A stretch of DNA of 64,000 nucleotides from an uncultured Clostridiaceae bacterium (GCA_947577025.1 CANPTO010000007.1:16475-80474); one strand, 5' to 3'; counted from the stretch's first letter, positions 31,458 to 43,821 are shown. Numbers and translations: made by a program. Notes: generated by a model from the sequence alone, not told the origin.

Positions 31458-33297
31458 ATGTGTGGAATTGTTGGATATGTAGGAAATAAAAAATGCTTGC
31501 CTATATTGTTAAATGGACTTAAAAATTTAGAATATAGAGGATATGACTCATCTGGTGTTGCTATAATGGAAAAAAATTGTATTGAAATTAGAAAAGAAAG
31601 TGGAAGAGTTGCTGCATTAGAGAGCTTAATTGATACTTCTTCTTTTTTAGGTAATGTTGGTATTGCCCATACTAGATGGGCAACTCATGGCACACCTTGC
31701 AAAGAAAATGCTCACCCTCATATAGATAATAGTAGTACTTTTGCTGTTGTACACAATGGAATTATTGAGAATTATAAAGAGCTTCGTCAGTTTCTTGAAA
31801 GAGCTGGTTACTCTTTTTATTCTCAAACAGATACTGAGGTTATTCCTAATTTAATTCATTACTATTATTCGAAGAATGAAAAGACAAAAGAAAACTTCCT
31901 AAATGCTATTTATAAAGCATGTAAAGATTTTAAAGGTAGCTATGCTATTTTAGTTTTGTGTAAGGATTTTCCTAACATGCAAATTGTAGTAAGAAATAAT
32001 AGTCCTATTATAATAGGAGTGCGGTGATATGGAGTATTTTACCGCTTCTGATATTCCTGCTATTTTAGAATATACTAAAGATTTTTATTTTCTAGATAAT
32101 AATGAATTCTCTATGATTGAAAAAAATAATATTAGTTTTTTTGATGAAAATTTAAATAAAATTTCTAAAAAGCATAAAACTATTGATTTAAGTAATTCTA
32201 GTAGTACTAAAAATGGGTATGAAGATTTCATGTTAAAAGAAATATTTGAACAACCTAAAGCAATTACTAATACTGTTAACAGGTATATTTTATTAAATGA
32301 AAAATGTTATTTTTCAGGTTTTAATTTACCAAATGATATATTACTTAATGTTAAAGAAATTTATATTGTAGCTTGTGGAACTGCAATGCATGCTGGACTT
32401 GCTAGTAAAAATACTATTGAAAAATTGTGCAAAATTCCTACTTATGTAGAAATTGCCTCTGAATTTCGTTATCGTAACCCTATTATTAATAAAAATACTT
32501 TATGCATATTTATTAGTCAATCTGGTGAAACGGCTGATACTATTTGTGCTTTAAAATTAGCCAAAGAAAATGGATGCACAACAATTGCTATTACTAATGT
32601 TATTGGTAGCTCTATTACAAGGGAGGCCGACTTTTCCTTTTATACTTATGCTGGACCGGAAATTGCTGTTGCTTCTACTAAAGCATATATTTGTCAAATT
32701 ACTCTTATTTATTGTTTTACTATTTATTTGGCTCAAGTTTTAAAAAGTACTGATTTTAATGTGTTAAAAGATTTAAAGAAAGAATTACTTGATTTGCCAA
32801 AAAAGATAGTGTCAGTTTTAGAAAAAAAAGAAACAATAAAAAATATTGCTAAACATTGCCATTTAGAAAAAAATTTATTTTTTATTGGTAGAGGTATCGA
32901 CTATGCTACTTGTTTAGAAGGATCACTAAAGTTAAAGGAAATTTCGTATATTCACTCTGAGGCATATGCAGCTGGGGAATTAAAACATGGACCTATTGCT
33001 TTAATTGAAAATGGAATTTATGTTGTTGGTATTTTAACAGATCCTATGTTAGCTTCAAAAACAATTAGTAATTTACAAGAAGTTATCACTCGAGGTGCTA
33101 AAACCTTTGTAATTTCTAATCAAAAACTTTCAAATAATACATTTGATTTTGTTTTTAACATTCCTAATACTAGCACTTTTTTATCACCTATTGTTTCAGT
33201 TATTCCTTTACAGTTATTTGCATATTATATTTCAAAAGAAAAGGGATTGGATGTAGATAAGCCTAGAAACTTAGCTAAGTCTGTGACTGTTGAGTAA
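31458..33297 (+). CDS. glmS: glutamine--fructose-6-phosphate aminotransferase, with an apparent +1 frameshift at cgg 32022-32024 (IIIGVR* vs conserved IIIGVGD)
   Basis: MCGIVGY N-terminal nucleophile glutaminase domain (31458-32027) and two SIS domains (32029-33297) in adjacent frames. Confidence 0.85.
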
Positions 33298-33647
33298 CAA
33301 AATGAAAGTGTCAAAGTAGGCAACGCTTTGACACTTTCTCTTTGATTTTAGAATTTGTCAAGTTTAGTGCATGTACACTTTTTTTCATTTGAAATTTCTT
33401 GCTTAAAATGCCTATTGACTAATAGTTATATAACTAGTATAATTTCTACATGACAGCAATGTCGTGTAGAAATTAGTTAATTATTTCTGGAATTTATTAA
33501 ATTGTGGTAATTTATAAACATTTCTTATTATTAATACTTCTTATTTCTTTTAGATATAACTTAAAATATATAATTTTTTATCATTGCCATACTTATTTAA
33601 TAATTTTTTCTAAATAGTTAATAATAAAATTATAGGAGGAACAAAAG

Positions 33648-35133
33648 ATGGTGCAAAAAATAAAAAACAAGAAATATAAGATTATGGATTATAATTTGTC
33701 GTTTAATAGTGGAATTACTTTAATTTCTCTTGTTATTACAATAATATTACTTATAATCTTAGCAGGAGTAGGAATAAATTTGAGCTTAGGAGAAAATGGG
33801 CTATTTAATAAAGCAAAATATGCAAAGCAAAAGTATCTAAATGCACAAGTAGAAGAAGAAAAACAATTAAATGAACTATATGAAGGGTTAGGCTTATTAG
33901 GAGAATTACCAGAAAATACTCCTGAAACAGAAGCAGGAAAAGTCGTTAAATTGCCCACTACATGGGAAGCAACTCTGCCAAGATACGTGTCAGATAAAGA
34001 TGGAAAAGAAATAGTAGCTAGTAAAAAAATAGCAAGCGTATACGCAGTAAGTGCAGGAAGTGGAAACACAATTCCAGTACCACTAGGTTTTTACTATGTA
34101 GGAGGAACAATAGAAAGTGGAGTAGTAATATCAGATAATAAAGATGACCAAAATAAATATGCAGGAAAAGAAGACGTAAGTAAAGAACTAAAAGGAAATC
34201 AATTTGTATGGATACCATGTACAGCAAATGACTATCATAAAATAGATTTTGGAAAAGAAAATGCAAAATGGGATACTGAAGGACTTTCACCAGAATATCC
34301 ACAAATAGAAAAATATAATGGATTTTATATAGGTAGATACGAAGCAGGAGTAGCAACATTAAATAAAGAAAAAAAAGCAAATGGAGAAGCAAACCCATTT
34401 GATGATAGCGTAACATTTGATGGAGGGAAATCACTATTTAATAGCATAGCAATCCAAACAGGAATAAATAGCTGGCCAGGGCAAAATTATGATTTCACAG
34501 CAAGAAGAACAGGAACTCCATCAACAGCAGGAACCAATAAAGCTAACCGGAAACGTAGTTGTAAAAGCAGATAGTATCCCATATTATCATGCAGACTATT
34601 ATACAGCAGTAGAAATGAGTGAAAGAATGTATAGAAATCACAATTACGTAAAAAGTGGACTAGTAACAGGAACAATGTGGGATATGATGATGAAATATAT
34701 GAGGGATACAGGAAATGTAGATATATTAACATCAACATGGGGAAATTATGATAATGTGTCATTAGCAAATTTAACTGGATACTACACAAATGTAAATACT
34801 TCTAGTGGAGCAGCAGATGGATTCAAAAATGCAGAAACATTAACAACAAACTCAGGAACAAGCTCATACGTATTATTAACAACAGGAGGGGCAGAACAAG
34901 TAAAGAAAATGAATTTATATGATGTGGCTGGAAATTTATGGGAGTGGACACAAGAAGCAGCTTATACCAAAAATGCATCATATGGAGATAATGCAACCTA
35001 CAACACATACACGCTTCGTGGTGGTGCTTTCGGCGGTGCCTCTTCGACTAACCCTGCAGCTTCCCGTGCTTGCAATTATGCGCCTTATACCTACACTAAC
35101 CACGGGTTTCGCCTTGCACTTTACCTTCAGTAG
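33648..35133 (+). CDS. fusion protein with N-terminal prepilin-like/TM segment and C-terminal FGE-sulfatase (SUMF1) domain; apparent +1 frameshift at cgg 34548-34550
   Basis: N-terminus GITLISLVITIILLIILAGV; C-terminus LYDVAGNLWEWT...RGGAFGG...SRACNYAPYTYTNHGFRLAL; skipping the C gives TNKANGNVVVKADSIPYY. Confidence 0.65.
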
Positions 35134-35495
35134 AACTGAACGCTTACAGGCGATGCAATTAAAACAGTATGTTGGTAATTTACAAAATAATATAGACACT
35201 TTCCTTGAAACATAGTAAGATCAAGCTATTTAGATCCAAAAAATTAGTGTAATAAATTAGAAAAACCGTAAAATTTGCCTATTATATTTCAAAAAAAGTG
35301 ACTAGCTGTAGATAAACCTAAAAATTTGGTCAAGTTTGTAACTGTTGAATAGTCTATAATTGTAGTAACTTAATAAGTTGTATTTAATTCCTGATTTATT
35401 GAAAATAGAGAATATTTTATTACCACAATGGCTAAAATATTCTCTATTAAAATGTAATATTAATTAAAAAGTATTAAATATAGAGCCTTTTTACT

Positions 35496-36581
35496 TTAAC
35501 AGTTTATTAGTTCTACGATCTTCATTTTCATATTGAAGTTTATATTTTCCTTTTCACTAATATAAAACACTTCTTCATATGTTTGTATATAACTTTTTAT
35601 ATCTTCCCTTTTTTCATATGAACATATGGCTAACTCAATTTTAAAAGTTTTAGCTGGATATGGTATCTCTAATATTATACTTGTGTCCTCATATGCACAA
35701 CAACTGTTATCATGTTCCTTAGATTGACTTACTCGCATTAAAAGCTCTTCATCTCCACTTATTGGATATCTTTTTGCAAATGAATATCCTTTACTACATT
35801 TATTATAATTATTTCTAATATCTCCAATTACTTCTTCGGAGTTAAAATTAAAGTTTAACTTTGTAATTATGTTGTTATATATATACATGTATACATTTGT
35901 ATTCCAGTTTGGTATTAATGTAAGAAGTATATTATTGCATACTCTCTCTCTACTGCCCGAGTTTCTTAATCTTTTATCTCTCATACGCTGACTGTTCTTA
36001 TCGAAATCTGAATAAGATATATATTTATCTTGTAAAATTTCCCTTAAAACTTCATTTACAATTTCTCCTTTAAAGTCTCTTTCATATGAGTATTCTTCTT
36101 TATTATTTATTTTCACTATATATTTTACTTTATGATCCATAGCCATAGCTTCTTTTACTTCAAGTAAAATATCGTTATCGAAATATCCTAAAGTATATGC
36201 ATCAGATATTGCAGTTATAATTATATTAAGATTTTGTTGCTCACTTTTTAATATATATTCTTGTATTATTTTTCTCTCTGGTTCTTCTTCCATATAACCA
36301 TCATAATGTGTAAGTGTAATATTGCTTATACCTCCTGAGACTCCACTACATATGTGTAATACTGGATAATATACTTGTATTTTCTCCATTTTGTCAAATG
36401 TACTTTTAATATCATATTCGCCAAAAATTAAGCTTTCTCCTACATATTGACTAATCCGTTCTTCATTATCTTTTTGAGCTTTTTTTAGCATTTTTAATAC
36501 TTCTTCTTGCTTTTTTACTTTCGCATCAAGAACTTTCTTTGTTTTAGTGTAGTCGTTCAAAATATCAAAATATGACTTCAT
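35496..36581 (-). CDS. hypothetical protein (361 aa)
   Basis: ORF with RBS; no recognisable motif. Confidence 0.55.
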   Translation of the reverse strand: MKSYFDILNDYTKTKKVLDAKVKKQEEVLKMLKKAQKDNEERISQYVGESLIFGEYDIKSTFDKMEKIQVYYPVLHICSGVSGGISNITLTHYDGYMEEEPERKIIQEYILKSEQQNLNIIITAISDAYTLGYFDNDILLEVKEAMAMDHKVKYIVKINNKEEYSYERDFKGEIVNEVLREILQDKYISYSDFDKNSQRMRDKRLRNSGSRERVCNNILLTLIPNWNTNVYMYIYNNIITKLNFNFNSEEVIGDIRNNYNKCSKGYSFAKRYPISGDEELLMRVSQSKEHDNSCCAYEDTSIILEIPYPAKTFKIELAICSYEKREDIKSYIQTYEEVFYISEKENINFNMKMKIVELINC

Positions 36582-36689
36582 ATTTTTTCCTCCTTTTTTC
36601 TAAAAATAAATTATTATTTATAGTTACACAAAGTTATGTGATTATTTTAGCATAATTTAATATAATTTTCAACCCATTATGACAATTAC

Positions 36690-36750
36690 AAAACTTTGAA
36701 AGATTTGGGACGCGGAAAGATTTGGGACGCGTCCAAATCTTTCCTTTTTT
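36690..36750. repeat. GGGAC-palindrome element (gaaagatttgggacgcg ... ggaaagatttgggacgcgtccaaatctttcc)
   Basis: Same family as 21536, 27826. Confidence 0.55.
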
Positions 36751-36938
36751 AGATTTTTTCAAGTTTAGTGTGTAAATTACAAAACATTACTATATTTTTT
36801 ATTAGCTAAAAAGATAACATTTATTTTAGCTAGCATAGAAAAAACACGCAAATTATTGTAACATGCATGTTTTTCATCTTTTTATCTTTTATCTATAAGT
36901 TGGCATTTTCATTCCAATCTTCAATTTCTAATTTATGT

Positions 36939-38222
36939 TTAAACATTAACTTTTTCTTTTACTTTTTCTTTTAAATCTTCTTTATCTTTCATCCAGTGCT
37001 TTCCATCTACTATTCTGGCTACCATCATTGATGATGCTGAATCTCCTACTACATTTAGCATAGTTGCTGGTGCATCTATTATTGTTGCAATTATTGTTAG
37101 TATTGGAAGAGCAGAGGCTGGGTATCCCATCATTGTTATTATTAGCATTTCTGATATTGTTCCCCCACCTATTGGTACTGCTGTTACTAATAGTGTTGCA
37201 AGTAATGCTATTCCTATTACTGTTGCTATTTCACCCACAGTAGCTACGCTTGTTCCAAATAAACATACTAAAAACATTATTTTAAATACTGAACCTATTA
37301 TTGAACCATCTTTGTGGAAACTTGTTCCTAATGGTATTGTTGTTTCTGCAATGTCTTCTGGTACGCCTATTTTTTTAGCTCCTTCTATGTTTACAGGTAT
37401 ACATGCTGCACTTGAGCATGTTGCTAAAGATGTAAGTGTTGCTGGAATTATATTTCTCCAATATGCTTTTGCTCCTTTTTTACCTCCTGCTACCCATGCA
37501 TATATTGTATACATTACGATATAAAAAGCAATTGAAACTATAAAGTATACTACAAAAGTTTTTAAATATCCTACTGCAATACTTGAACCTAGCTCACCTA
37601 TTACTGCTGCAAAGTAGCACCCTAAACCTATTGGCGCGTAGTACATAATTATTTTTATAATATTATTTACTATTTCATTTGCAGAGTTTAAGAAATTTAA
37701 AACTGGCTCTGCTTTTTTCCCTGACATATTCATTGCTATTCCAAATATTACTGAAAATACTAATAATGCTATTAAGTTATCTCTTGTTAATAATTTTGAA
37801 AAGTCATTTACAGTTAATAAACTAACTGTTCTTTCTGCAATAGAAAGTTCTTCCTCTTCTTCTACTGCTCCCTCATCAAAAACTTCTACTATTTTTGCAG
37901 AATCCTCAGGATTTACAAGTTTTATAAAATATGTACTTAAAAAACCTACTAGTACTGCTATTACTGATGTAATTACAAATACTAATATTATAGTACCTAC
38001 TATTTTACCTAAACGTTTAGGTTCTTTCATTTTAGCTACTGATGTAGTTATTGTCAAAAATATTAGTGGAACAATTATGACTAATAAAAGATTTAAAAAG
38101 ATATCGCCTAATGGCTTTAAGACTGTTGCTTTTTCTTTAAAAATAAGTCCTACGACTGCACCAACAATAATAGCAACAAGAAGAATTATTGTTGATTTGT
38201 AATTTGATAAAAATTTTTTCAT
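36939..38222 (-). CDS. dicarboxylate/amino acid:cation symporter family transporter
   Basis: 427 aa polytopic; GltP/SstT-like re-entrant loop regions. Confidence 0.75.
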   Translation of the reverse strand: MKKFLSNYKSTIILLVAIIVGAVVGLIFKEKATVLKPLGDIFLNLLLVIIVPLIFLTITTSVAKMKEPKRLGKIVGTIILVFVITSVIAVLVGFLSTYFIKLVNPEDSAKIVEVFDEGAVEEEEELSIAERTVSLLTVNDFSKLLTRDNLIALLVFSVIFGIAMNMSGKKAEPVLNFLNSANEIVNNIIKIIMYYAPIGLGCYFAAVIGELGSSIAVGYLKTFVVYFIVSIAFYIVMYTIYAWVAGGKKGAKAYWRNIIPATLTSLATCSSAACIPVNIEGAKKIGVPEDIAETTIPLGTSFHKDGSIIGSVFKIMFLVCLFGTSVATVGEIATVIGIALLATLLVTAVPIGGGTISEMLIITMMGYPASALPILTIIATIIDAPATMLNVVGDSASSMMVARIVDGKHWMKDKEDLKEKVKEKVNV

Positions 38223-38438
38223 AATACTACCCCTTTTTATTTTGGTGGTAACTAAAATTATAATTATAACTTTAGAATTCTTTTTGTATTATACCTTATA
38301 TCTTATTACAATTCAACACTTTTTAGAATTATTTTGTTACCTTTTTTCTTTTATAGTAGCAAAAAAATAAAAAAATTTTACAAAATGGATTGACATATGT
38401 GAACATAAATAAAATTACAAACTTGCAAAGTATTTTAA

Positions 38439-39233
38439 TTAATACTCTGCAAGTTTTATTCTATCTCCTATGCTATCATCTTTTAATAATTTGCTAGCAA
38501 CATTTATAAAGTTTGTTTCCATATCTGTTAAATATATTTCATATTCTTTTGTAGTCTGCTTATTATTAGTTATATTCTTTTCTTTTAATATTTTATTTAA
38601 ACTTTTTGCTAATATTTCTCCTGTATTTATTACATCTACACTATCCCCTATTTGCTCTTCTATAACCTCTTTAAACAGTGGGTAATGTGTACATCCTAAT
38701 ATTAAACATTGTATATTTTTAAGACCTTTTAAATATTCTGCTACTACTAATTTTGCAATTTCATTTTCTGTCCATCCTTCTTCTGCCATTGGAGCTAATA
38801 ATGGGCATTCTTTATTTATTACATTTGCATTTTTTATTTTTTTATCAATTTTATTCTTCCATCCATTACTTCTTATCGTTCCTCTTGTTGCCATAACTCC
38901 TATATTTTTATATCCTTTATTTTCTATATATTCTACAGTGGAATCTATTATTCCTATTATTGGTATGTTATAGCATTTTTGCATTTCTTCTAAAGCTTGT
39001 GATGTAGCTGTTCCACATGCTATTATTATAGCTTTTACATCTTTTTTTATTAAAAAATCTATCGCATTTTTACATAATTGTATTATACTTTCTTTTGTCT
39101 TATTTCCATATGGAAAAGATTTGGTATCTCCTAAATATATTACCTTTTCTCCTGCACATTCTTCAATTACTTCTTTTAATACTGTTAAGCCTCCTACTCC
39201 TGAGTCAAACATTCCTATTGACCTTGTATCCAT
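38439..39233 (-). CDS. murI: glutamate racemase
   Basis: IGMFDSGVGGLTV ... ACGTATS ... LGCTHYP. Confidence 0.9.
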   Translation of the reverse strand: MDTRSIGMFDSGVGGLTVLKEVIEECAGEKVIYLGDTKSFPYGNKTKESIIQLCKNAIDFLIKKDVKAIIIACGTATSQALEEMQKCYNIPIIGIIDSTVEYIENKGYKNIGVMATRGTIRSNGWKNKIDKKIKNANVINKECPLLAPMAEEGWTENEIAKLVVAEYLKGLKNIQCLILGCTHYPLFKEVIEEQIGDSVDVINTGEILAKSLNKILKEKNITNNKQTTKEYEIYLTDMETNFINVASKLLKDDSIGDRIKLAEY

Positions 39234-39362
39234 TCTTTTTCCTCCTACAACTTAATTATATATCATATTATTACAAAAAAGTACACATTTTTTATATTTT
39301 TTCATAATATATATTATAATTATGGTTAACTATAATAAATTTAGAAAGGATGAATAAATATT

Positions 39363-39824
39363 ATGGAATATGATAAAAATGTATGCCCAGTAGTAGACGT
39401 AGACGGAATAATAGCTTCTGGTAAACAATTTGATTTAGAAATAAAACTTCCAGAAGATAACAGAAATGTTATATATGGAGTTGTTAAAGATTGCTATGGA
39501 GATCCAATTCGTGATGCTGTTGTAAAATTAATAGAAGTTGTATGTGAATGTGGTAAAGAAGAAAGAAGACCTGTTTCTCATACTTTTACAGATAAAGAAG
39601 GAGAATTCGTTTTCGGACCTTTATGTGACAATAAATTTTACGAAATCCAAATATGGGTTGACCGTGTAAGACACTGCAAAGTATGTACAGAAGTTAAACA
39701 CGAAGGAAAATGCCTAAAAGGGGTAAAAATGGATTGTAAACATGACTGTAAATGCGAAAGACCTTGCGAAAAACCTTGTTTAAGAAGTGAAGTTTCTGAA
39801 GAATGTTGTAAGGATGAAAATTAA
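39363..39824 (+). CDS. cysteine-rich protein with carboxypeptidase-regulatory-like N-terminal domain (possible spore coat/exosporium protein)
   Basis: IYGVVKDCYGDPIRDAVVKL then 17 Cys in 70 residues (CKHDCKCERPCEKPC). Confidence 0.55.
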   Translation: MEYDKNVCPVVDVDGIIASGKQFDLEIKLPEDNRNVIYGVVKDCYGDPIRDAVVKLIEVVCECGKEERRPVSHTFTDKEGEFVFGPLCDNKFYEIQIWVDRVRHCKVCTEVKHEGKCLKGVKMDCKHDCKCERPCEKPCLRSEVSEECCKDEN

Positions 39825-39887
39825 TTTTAAGTTTTAACTTAGGAAAGTGACACTATTTATGGAACCTCCCTAAATAGTGTCATTTTT

Positions 39888-41081
39888 TTAGTTCATATAA
39901 TCTCTTAATTTTCTTGACCTTGATGGGTGTCTTAGTTTTCTTAGGGCTTTTGCTTCTATTTGTCTTATTCTTTCACGTGTTACCATAAATTCTTTTCCTA
40001 CTTCTTCTAGTGTACGTGCTTTTCCATCTTCTAAACCAAACCTTAATTTTAAAACTTTTGCTTCTCTTGGTGTTAGTGTATCCATTACTTCTTCTAGTTG
40101 CTCTTTAAGCATTGTATATGCTGCTGAGTCTTGTGGTGCTGGACTATCATCATCTTGTATGAAGTCTCCTAAATGGCTGTCATCTTCTTCTCCTATTGGT
40201 GTTTCTAATGATACTGGGTCTTGTGCAATTTTTTGTATTTCTGCTACTTTTTCTACTGGTATTTCCATTTCTTTTGCAATTTCCTCTGGGGTTGGCTCAC
40301 GTCCTAATTGTTGTAGTAAGTGCCTTGAGGTACGGATTAGTTTGTTTATTGTTTCTACCATGTGTACTGGTATTCTTATTGTTCTTGCTTGGTCTGCTAT
40401 TGCTCTTGTTATTGCTTGACGAATCCACCATGTCGCATAAGTACTAAATTTGAAACCTTTTGTGTAGTCAAATTTCTCTACCGCTTTTATTAGACCCATA
40501 TTTCCTTCTTGTATTAAATCTAAAAATAACATTCCTCTTCCTACATATTTTTTTGCAATACTAACTACAAGTCTTAAGTTTGATTCTGCTAACCTCTTTT
40601 TTGCATATTCGTCCCCGTCTAAAACTTTTTGTGCTAGTTCTAACTCTTCATCATAACTTAAAAGTGGTATTTTTCCTATTTCTCTTAAGTACATTCTAAC
40701 AGGGTCATCTATGTTTACTCCTTCTATTCCTGCTGATAAGTCTATTTCATCTAGCTTTATATCTTCTACTTCTTGAAGGTCTTCTATATCTGGTTCTTCT
40801 AATTCTTCTTGTAGTAAGTCTACTCCTATTTCTTCAAATGCATCAAATACTTTGTCTAGCTCTTCTGGATTTGTATCCTCTAGTTCGTTTGCAAGCTCAC
40901 TATATGTTATTTTTCCTTTTTTATCTTTGGCTTTTTCTATTATTTTGTTTACTTTCTCTTCTACTATTGTTTCTTCTTTTTTACCTTTTCCTACACTTTC
41001 TGCATTACTTTTTGACACTGTTTTTTTATTATTTATTGTTTCCTCTATTTCTTCTGATTTTTCAGATTTTTTCACAAACAA
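39888..41081 (-). CDS. rpoD: RNA polymerase sigma factor RpoD/SigA
   Basis: Regions 2-4: [27 protein letters not shown], acidic region 1. Confidence 0.9.
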   Translation of the reverse strand: MFVKKSEKSEEIEETINNKKTVSKSNAESVGKGKKEETIVEEKVNKIIEKAKDKKGKITYSELANELEDTNPEELDKVFDAFEEIGVDLLQEELEEPDIEDLQEVEDIKLDEIDLSAGIEGVNIDDPVRMYLREIGKIPLLSYDEELELAQKVLDGDEYAKKRLAESNLRLVVSIAKKYVGRGMLFLDLIQEGNMGLIKAVEKFDYTKGFKFSTYATWWIRQAITRAIADQARTIRIPVHMVETINKLIRTSRHLLQQLGREPTPEEIAKEMEIPVEKVAEIQKIAQDPVSLETPIGEEDDSHLGDFIQDDDSPAPQDSAAYTMLKEQLEEVMDTLTPREAKVLKLRFGLEDGKARTLEEVGKEFMVTRERIRQIEAKALRKLRHPSRSRKLRDYMN

Positions 41082-41087
41082 CCCCTC

Positions 41088-42866
41088 CTATTTTATTTTG
41101 GCTAATTTTATAATAATTTCATTTAACATTTTTTCTAATTCGTCACTTTCTTCCTTAGTTAAGTCTTTTCTCTCTAATTGCTTTATGATTTCATTTCTTT
41201 GTTTTATCATATTTTCCTTTATGTATATATTTATTAAGTCTGATATACACTTGCTTATTTCTGTTATTTCAAAGTCATATGCTAATATCCATGAAAGATA
41301 ATTTATTGTTTCTTCTTCTTCAAACCAGTCTAATACATTATTTATATTACTATTTCCTTTTTCAAGTTCTTCATACAACTTTTTTACTATTCTTTGATTT
41401 CTTGTACTTTTGAAGTCTTCTATATTTATGTTTTTCCTTATGATATTATAACTCTCATTAGGATAATTAATTAATAAATATATTACTAATTTTTCTCTTT
41501 TATCTATTTGCTCATTTTCTATTTTTGCTTCTTTTACTTCTAATTTTGGTTTTGCTCTTTCTAATATTTTAGTTCCTTTGTTATTTGTGGCTTCTAGTTT
41601 ATTTATTTCTGCTATAATTGCTTCTTTTGATATTTTATATTCTAATGCTATTTTATCAGCATATACCTCTTTTTCAATATCATTATCAATTTTTGATAAT
41701 ACTTTTGCAATTTCTTTCAAAAATTTTATTTTGTCATTTGCATTTTCTAGGTTTAAATTACTGCGTAGTACTTTTACTTTATACTCCACTAATGATATTG
41801 CTTTTTCTACTTGTTTTTCAAATCTTTCTGGACCATATTTTACAACAAATTCGTCTGGGTCTTTTGCTCCTTGTATTTGAAGTACTCTAACATCACAGCC
41901 TAAATTTTGTAAAATATCTAATCCCCTTTGTGTGGCTGCTTGTCCTGCTCCATCTGAGTCATAACCTATTATTACTTGCTCACTACTTTTTCTTAAAAGC
42001 CTTCCTTGCGCTTCTGTCATTGCTGTTCCTAGTGATGCTACTGCATTATGAATTCCTCTTTGATGAAGTGAAACTGCATCCATGTATCCTTCTACTATAA
42101 TTATTTTTTTTGTTTCATATTTTTTTGCTACATTAAGTCCATATAAGTGCCTTCCTTTGCTATATACAATGTTTTCAGATGAATTTATGTATTTTGGCTT
42201 ACTGTCGTCTAATACTCTTCCTCCAAATGCTATAACTCTTCCTCTAACATCTTGTATTGGAAACATTAATCTTTTTCTGAAACGGTCTATGAACTTGCCT
42301 TCTTGATTTCTATTTACTAACCCTGATGCTAGTATTTCTTCTTCACTAAAGCCTTTTTCTTTTAGTAAATTATATAATTCGTTAAAATTACCTGAATATC
42401 CTATTAGAAAACTCTGCAATGTTTTATTGTCTAATTTCCTTTTTTTTACGTATTCTTGTGCTATTTTTGCTGTAGGTTTATATAGGTTTTCATGGTAAAA
42501 TTCAGCTGTGCATTTATTAATTTCATATACTTTTGATTTTAAAGCTGCAAGTTTGCTATCTCCTTCTGATTCTAGTACTGGTAATTGTACTCCTGCTTTA
42601 TCTGCTAATGTTTCTAGTGTTTCTATGAAACTTATATTTTCTATTTTACTTATAAAATGAAATACATTTCCTCCTACACCACAGCCAAAGCAATGGAATA
42701 TTTGCTTATCTGGTGATACAGAAAAAGAAGGCGACTTTTCTTTGTGAAATGGACATAATCCAAAAAAGTTTCTACCACTTCTTTTTAATACTACATATTG
42801 TGATATCACATCTACTATGTCATTTTTACTTCTTATTTCATCAATTAACTCATCACTATATCGCAT
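41088..42866 (-). CDS. dnaG: DNA primase
   Basis: Zinc finger CPFHKEKSPSFSV...FHCFGCG, TOPRIM domain; position upstream of rpoD. Confidence 0.9.
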   Translation of the reverse strand: MRYSDELIDEIRSKNDIVDVISQYVVLKRSGRNFFGLCPFHKEKSPSFSVSPDKQIFHCFGCGVGGNVFHFISKIENISFIETLETLADKAGVQLPVLESEGDSKLAALKSKVYEINKCTAEFYHENLYKPTAKIAQEYVKKRKLDNKTLQSFLIGYSGNFNELYNLLKEKGFSEEEILASGLVNRNQEGKFIDRFRKRLMFPIQDVRGRVIAFGGRVLDDSKPKYINSSENIVYSKGRHLYGLNVAKKYETKKIIIVEGYMDAVSLHQRGIHNAVASLGTAMTEAQGRLLRKSSEQVIIGYDSDGAGQAATQRGLDILQNLGCDVRVLQIQGAKDPDEFVVKYGPERFEKQVEKAISLVEYKVKVLRSNLNLENANDKIKFLKEIAKVLSKIDNDIEKEVYADKIALEYKISKEAIIAEINKLEATNNKGTKILERAKPKLEVKEAKIENEQIDKREKLVIYLLINYPNESYNIIRKNINIEDFKSTRNQRIVKKLYEELEKGNSNINNVLDWFEEEETINYLSWILAYDFEITEISKCISDLINIYIKENMIKQRNEIIKQLERKDLTKEESDELEKMLNEIIIKLAKIK

Positions 42867-43119
42867 TAATTTTATCTACCTTTCTATTCCATATTTATAT
42901 TATTCGACAGAATCTACATAAATCCTTCTTAAATATACATTTGTGATTTTCTTGTTTTTTACATTCTCAAAAATACAATTAAAAATGTTCCTTTATACCT
43001 ATTACCATTTAGCTTTTAACTTTTTGTTATTTTTAGAAATTAATTTTTTGTTCACAATTTTTACGTACTTTAAAGACGACTTTCCATTTAAGCCGTCTTT
43101 CTTTATATATATTTTTTTA

Positions 43120-43692
43120 TTACATATTTGCAGTTCCATCAAAAGGAATGAATTTTTTAACTATATCATTTCCTAAACCTGTATTCTCTTCTACAGGAGC
43201 TTTATATTCTTTAAATGACATTGTTATTTTATTATCTACTAATTGCTCTACATCTTCTTGTGATGCATGTTCTGCTAATACTAACTCACTTATTAATATT
43301 TGTTTTGCATTACCTAGCATTTTCTTTTCACCTGTAGATAGACCTTTTTCTTTTTGTTTGAAACTTAGGTTTCTAACTACATCTGCAACTTCGTAAATAT
43401 CTCCACTTTTCATTTTTTCCATATTATCTCTATATCTTTTATTCCAGTTGTTAGACATCTCTGTTTCATTTTCTTCAAGAATTTGTAATACTTTCCCTGC
43501 GTTTTCTTTATTTATTACACTTCTTACACCAATTTCTTCTGCCTTAGCGGTTGGTACCATAACCTTTACTTCGCCTGGCATTTTTATTATATAATATGCT
43601 TGTCTTTCGCCTAATATATCTTTTTCTTCTATTGCATCTATTGTTCCGGCACCATGCATTGGGTACACTATTTTATCACCTACACTAAACAT
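43120..43692 (-). CDS. CarD/CdnL-family transcriptional regulator
   Basis: MFSVGDKIVYPMHGAGTI RNAP-interacting domain; RBS aaggag. Confidence 0.8.
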   Translation of the reverse strand: MFSVGDKIVYPMHGAGTIDAIEEKDILGERQAYYIIKMPGEVKVMVPTAKAEEIGVRSVINKENAGKVLQILEENETEMSNNWNKRYRDNMEKMKSGDIYEVADVVRNLSFKQKEKGLSTGEKKMLGNAKQILISELVLAEHASQEDVEQLVDNKITMSFKEYKAPVEENTGLGNDIVKKFIPFDGTANM

Positions 43693-43821
43693 GTAAGACA
43701 CTCCTTTCAATGCTAAATTTTATCTATATGTAAGTTAAGAAAGGTTTCGATTCTCTTTTTCAACCACTGACATTATTATACTACATATTTTGGTAAAAGT
43801 CAAAAGATTTTCCAATATTTT

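Noticed and set aside
33700-33780. Bona fide type IV major pilin
   Set aside because: Gly-1 and a hydrophobic helix are present, but Glu+5 is replaced by Ser, the leader is unusually long, and the C-terminal domain is an FGE-sulfatase fold, so it is kept as pilin-like only.
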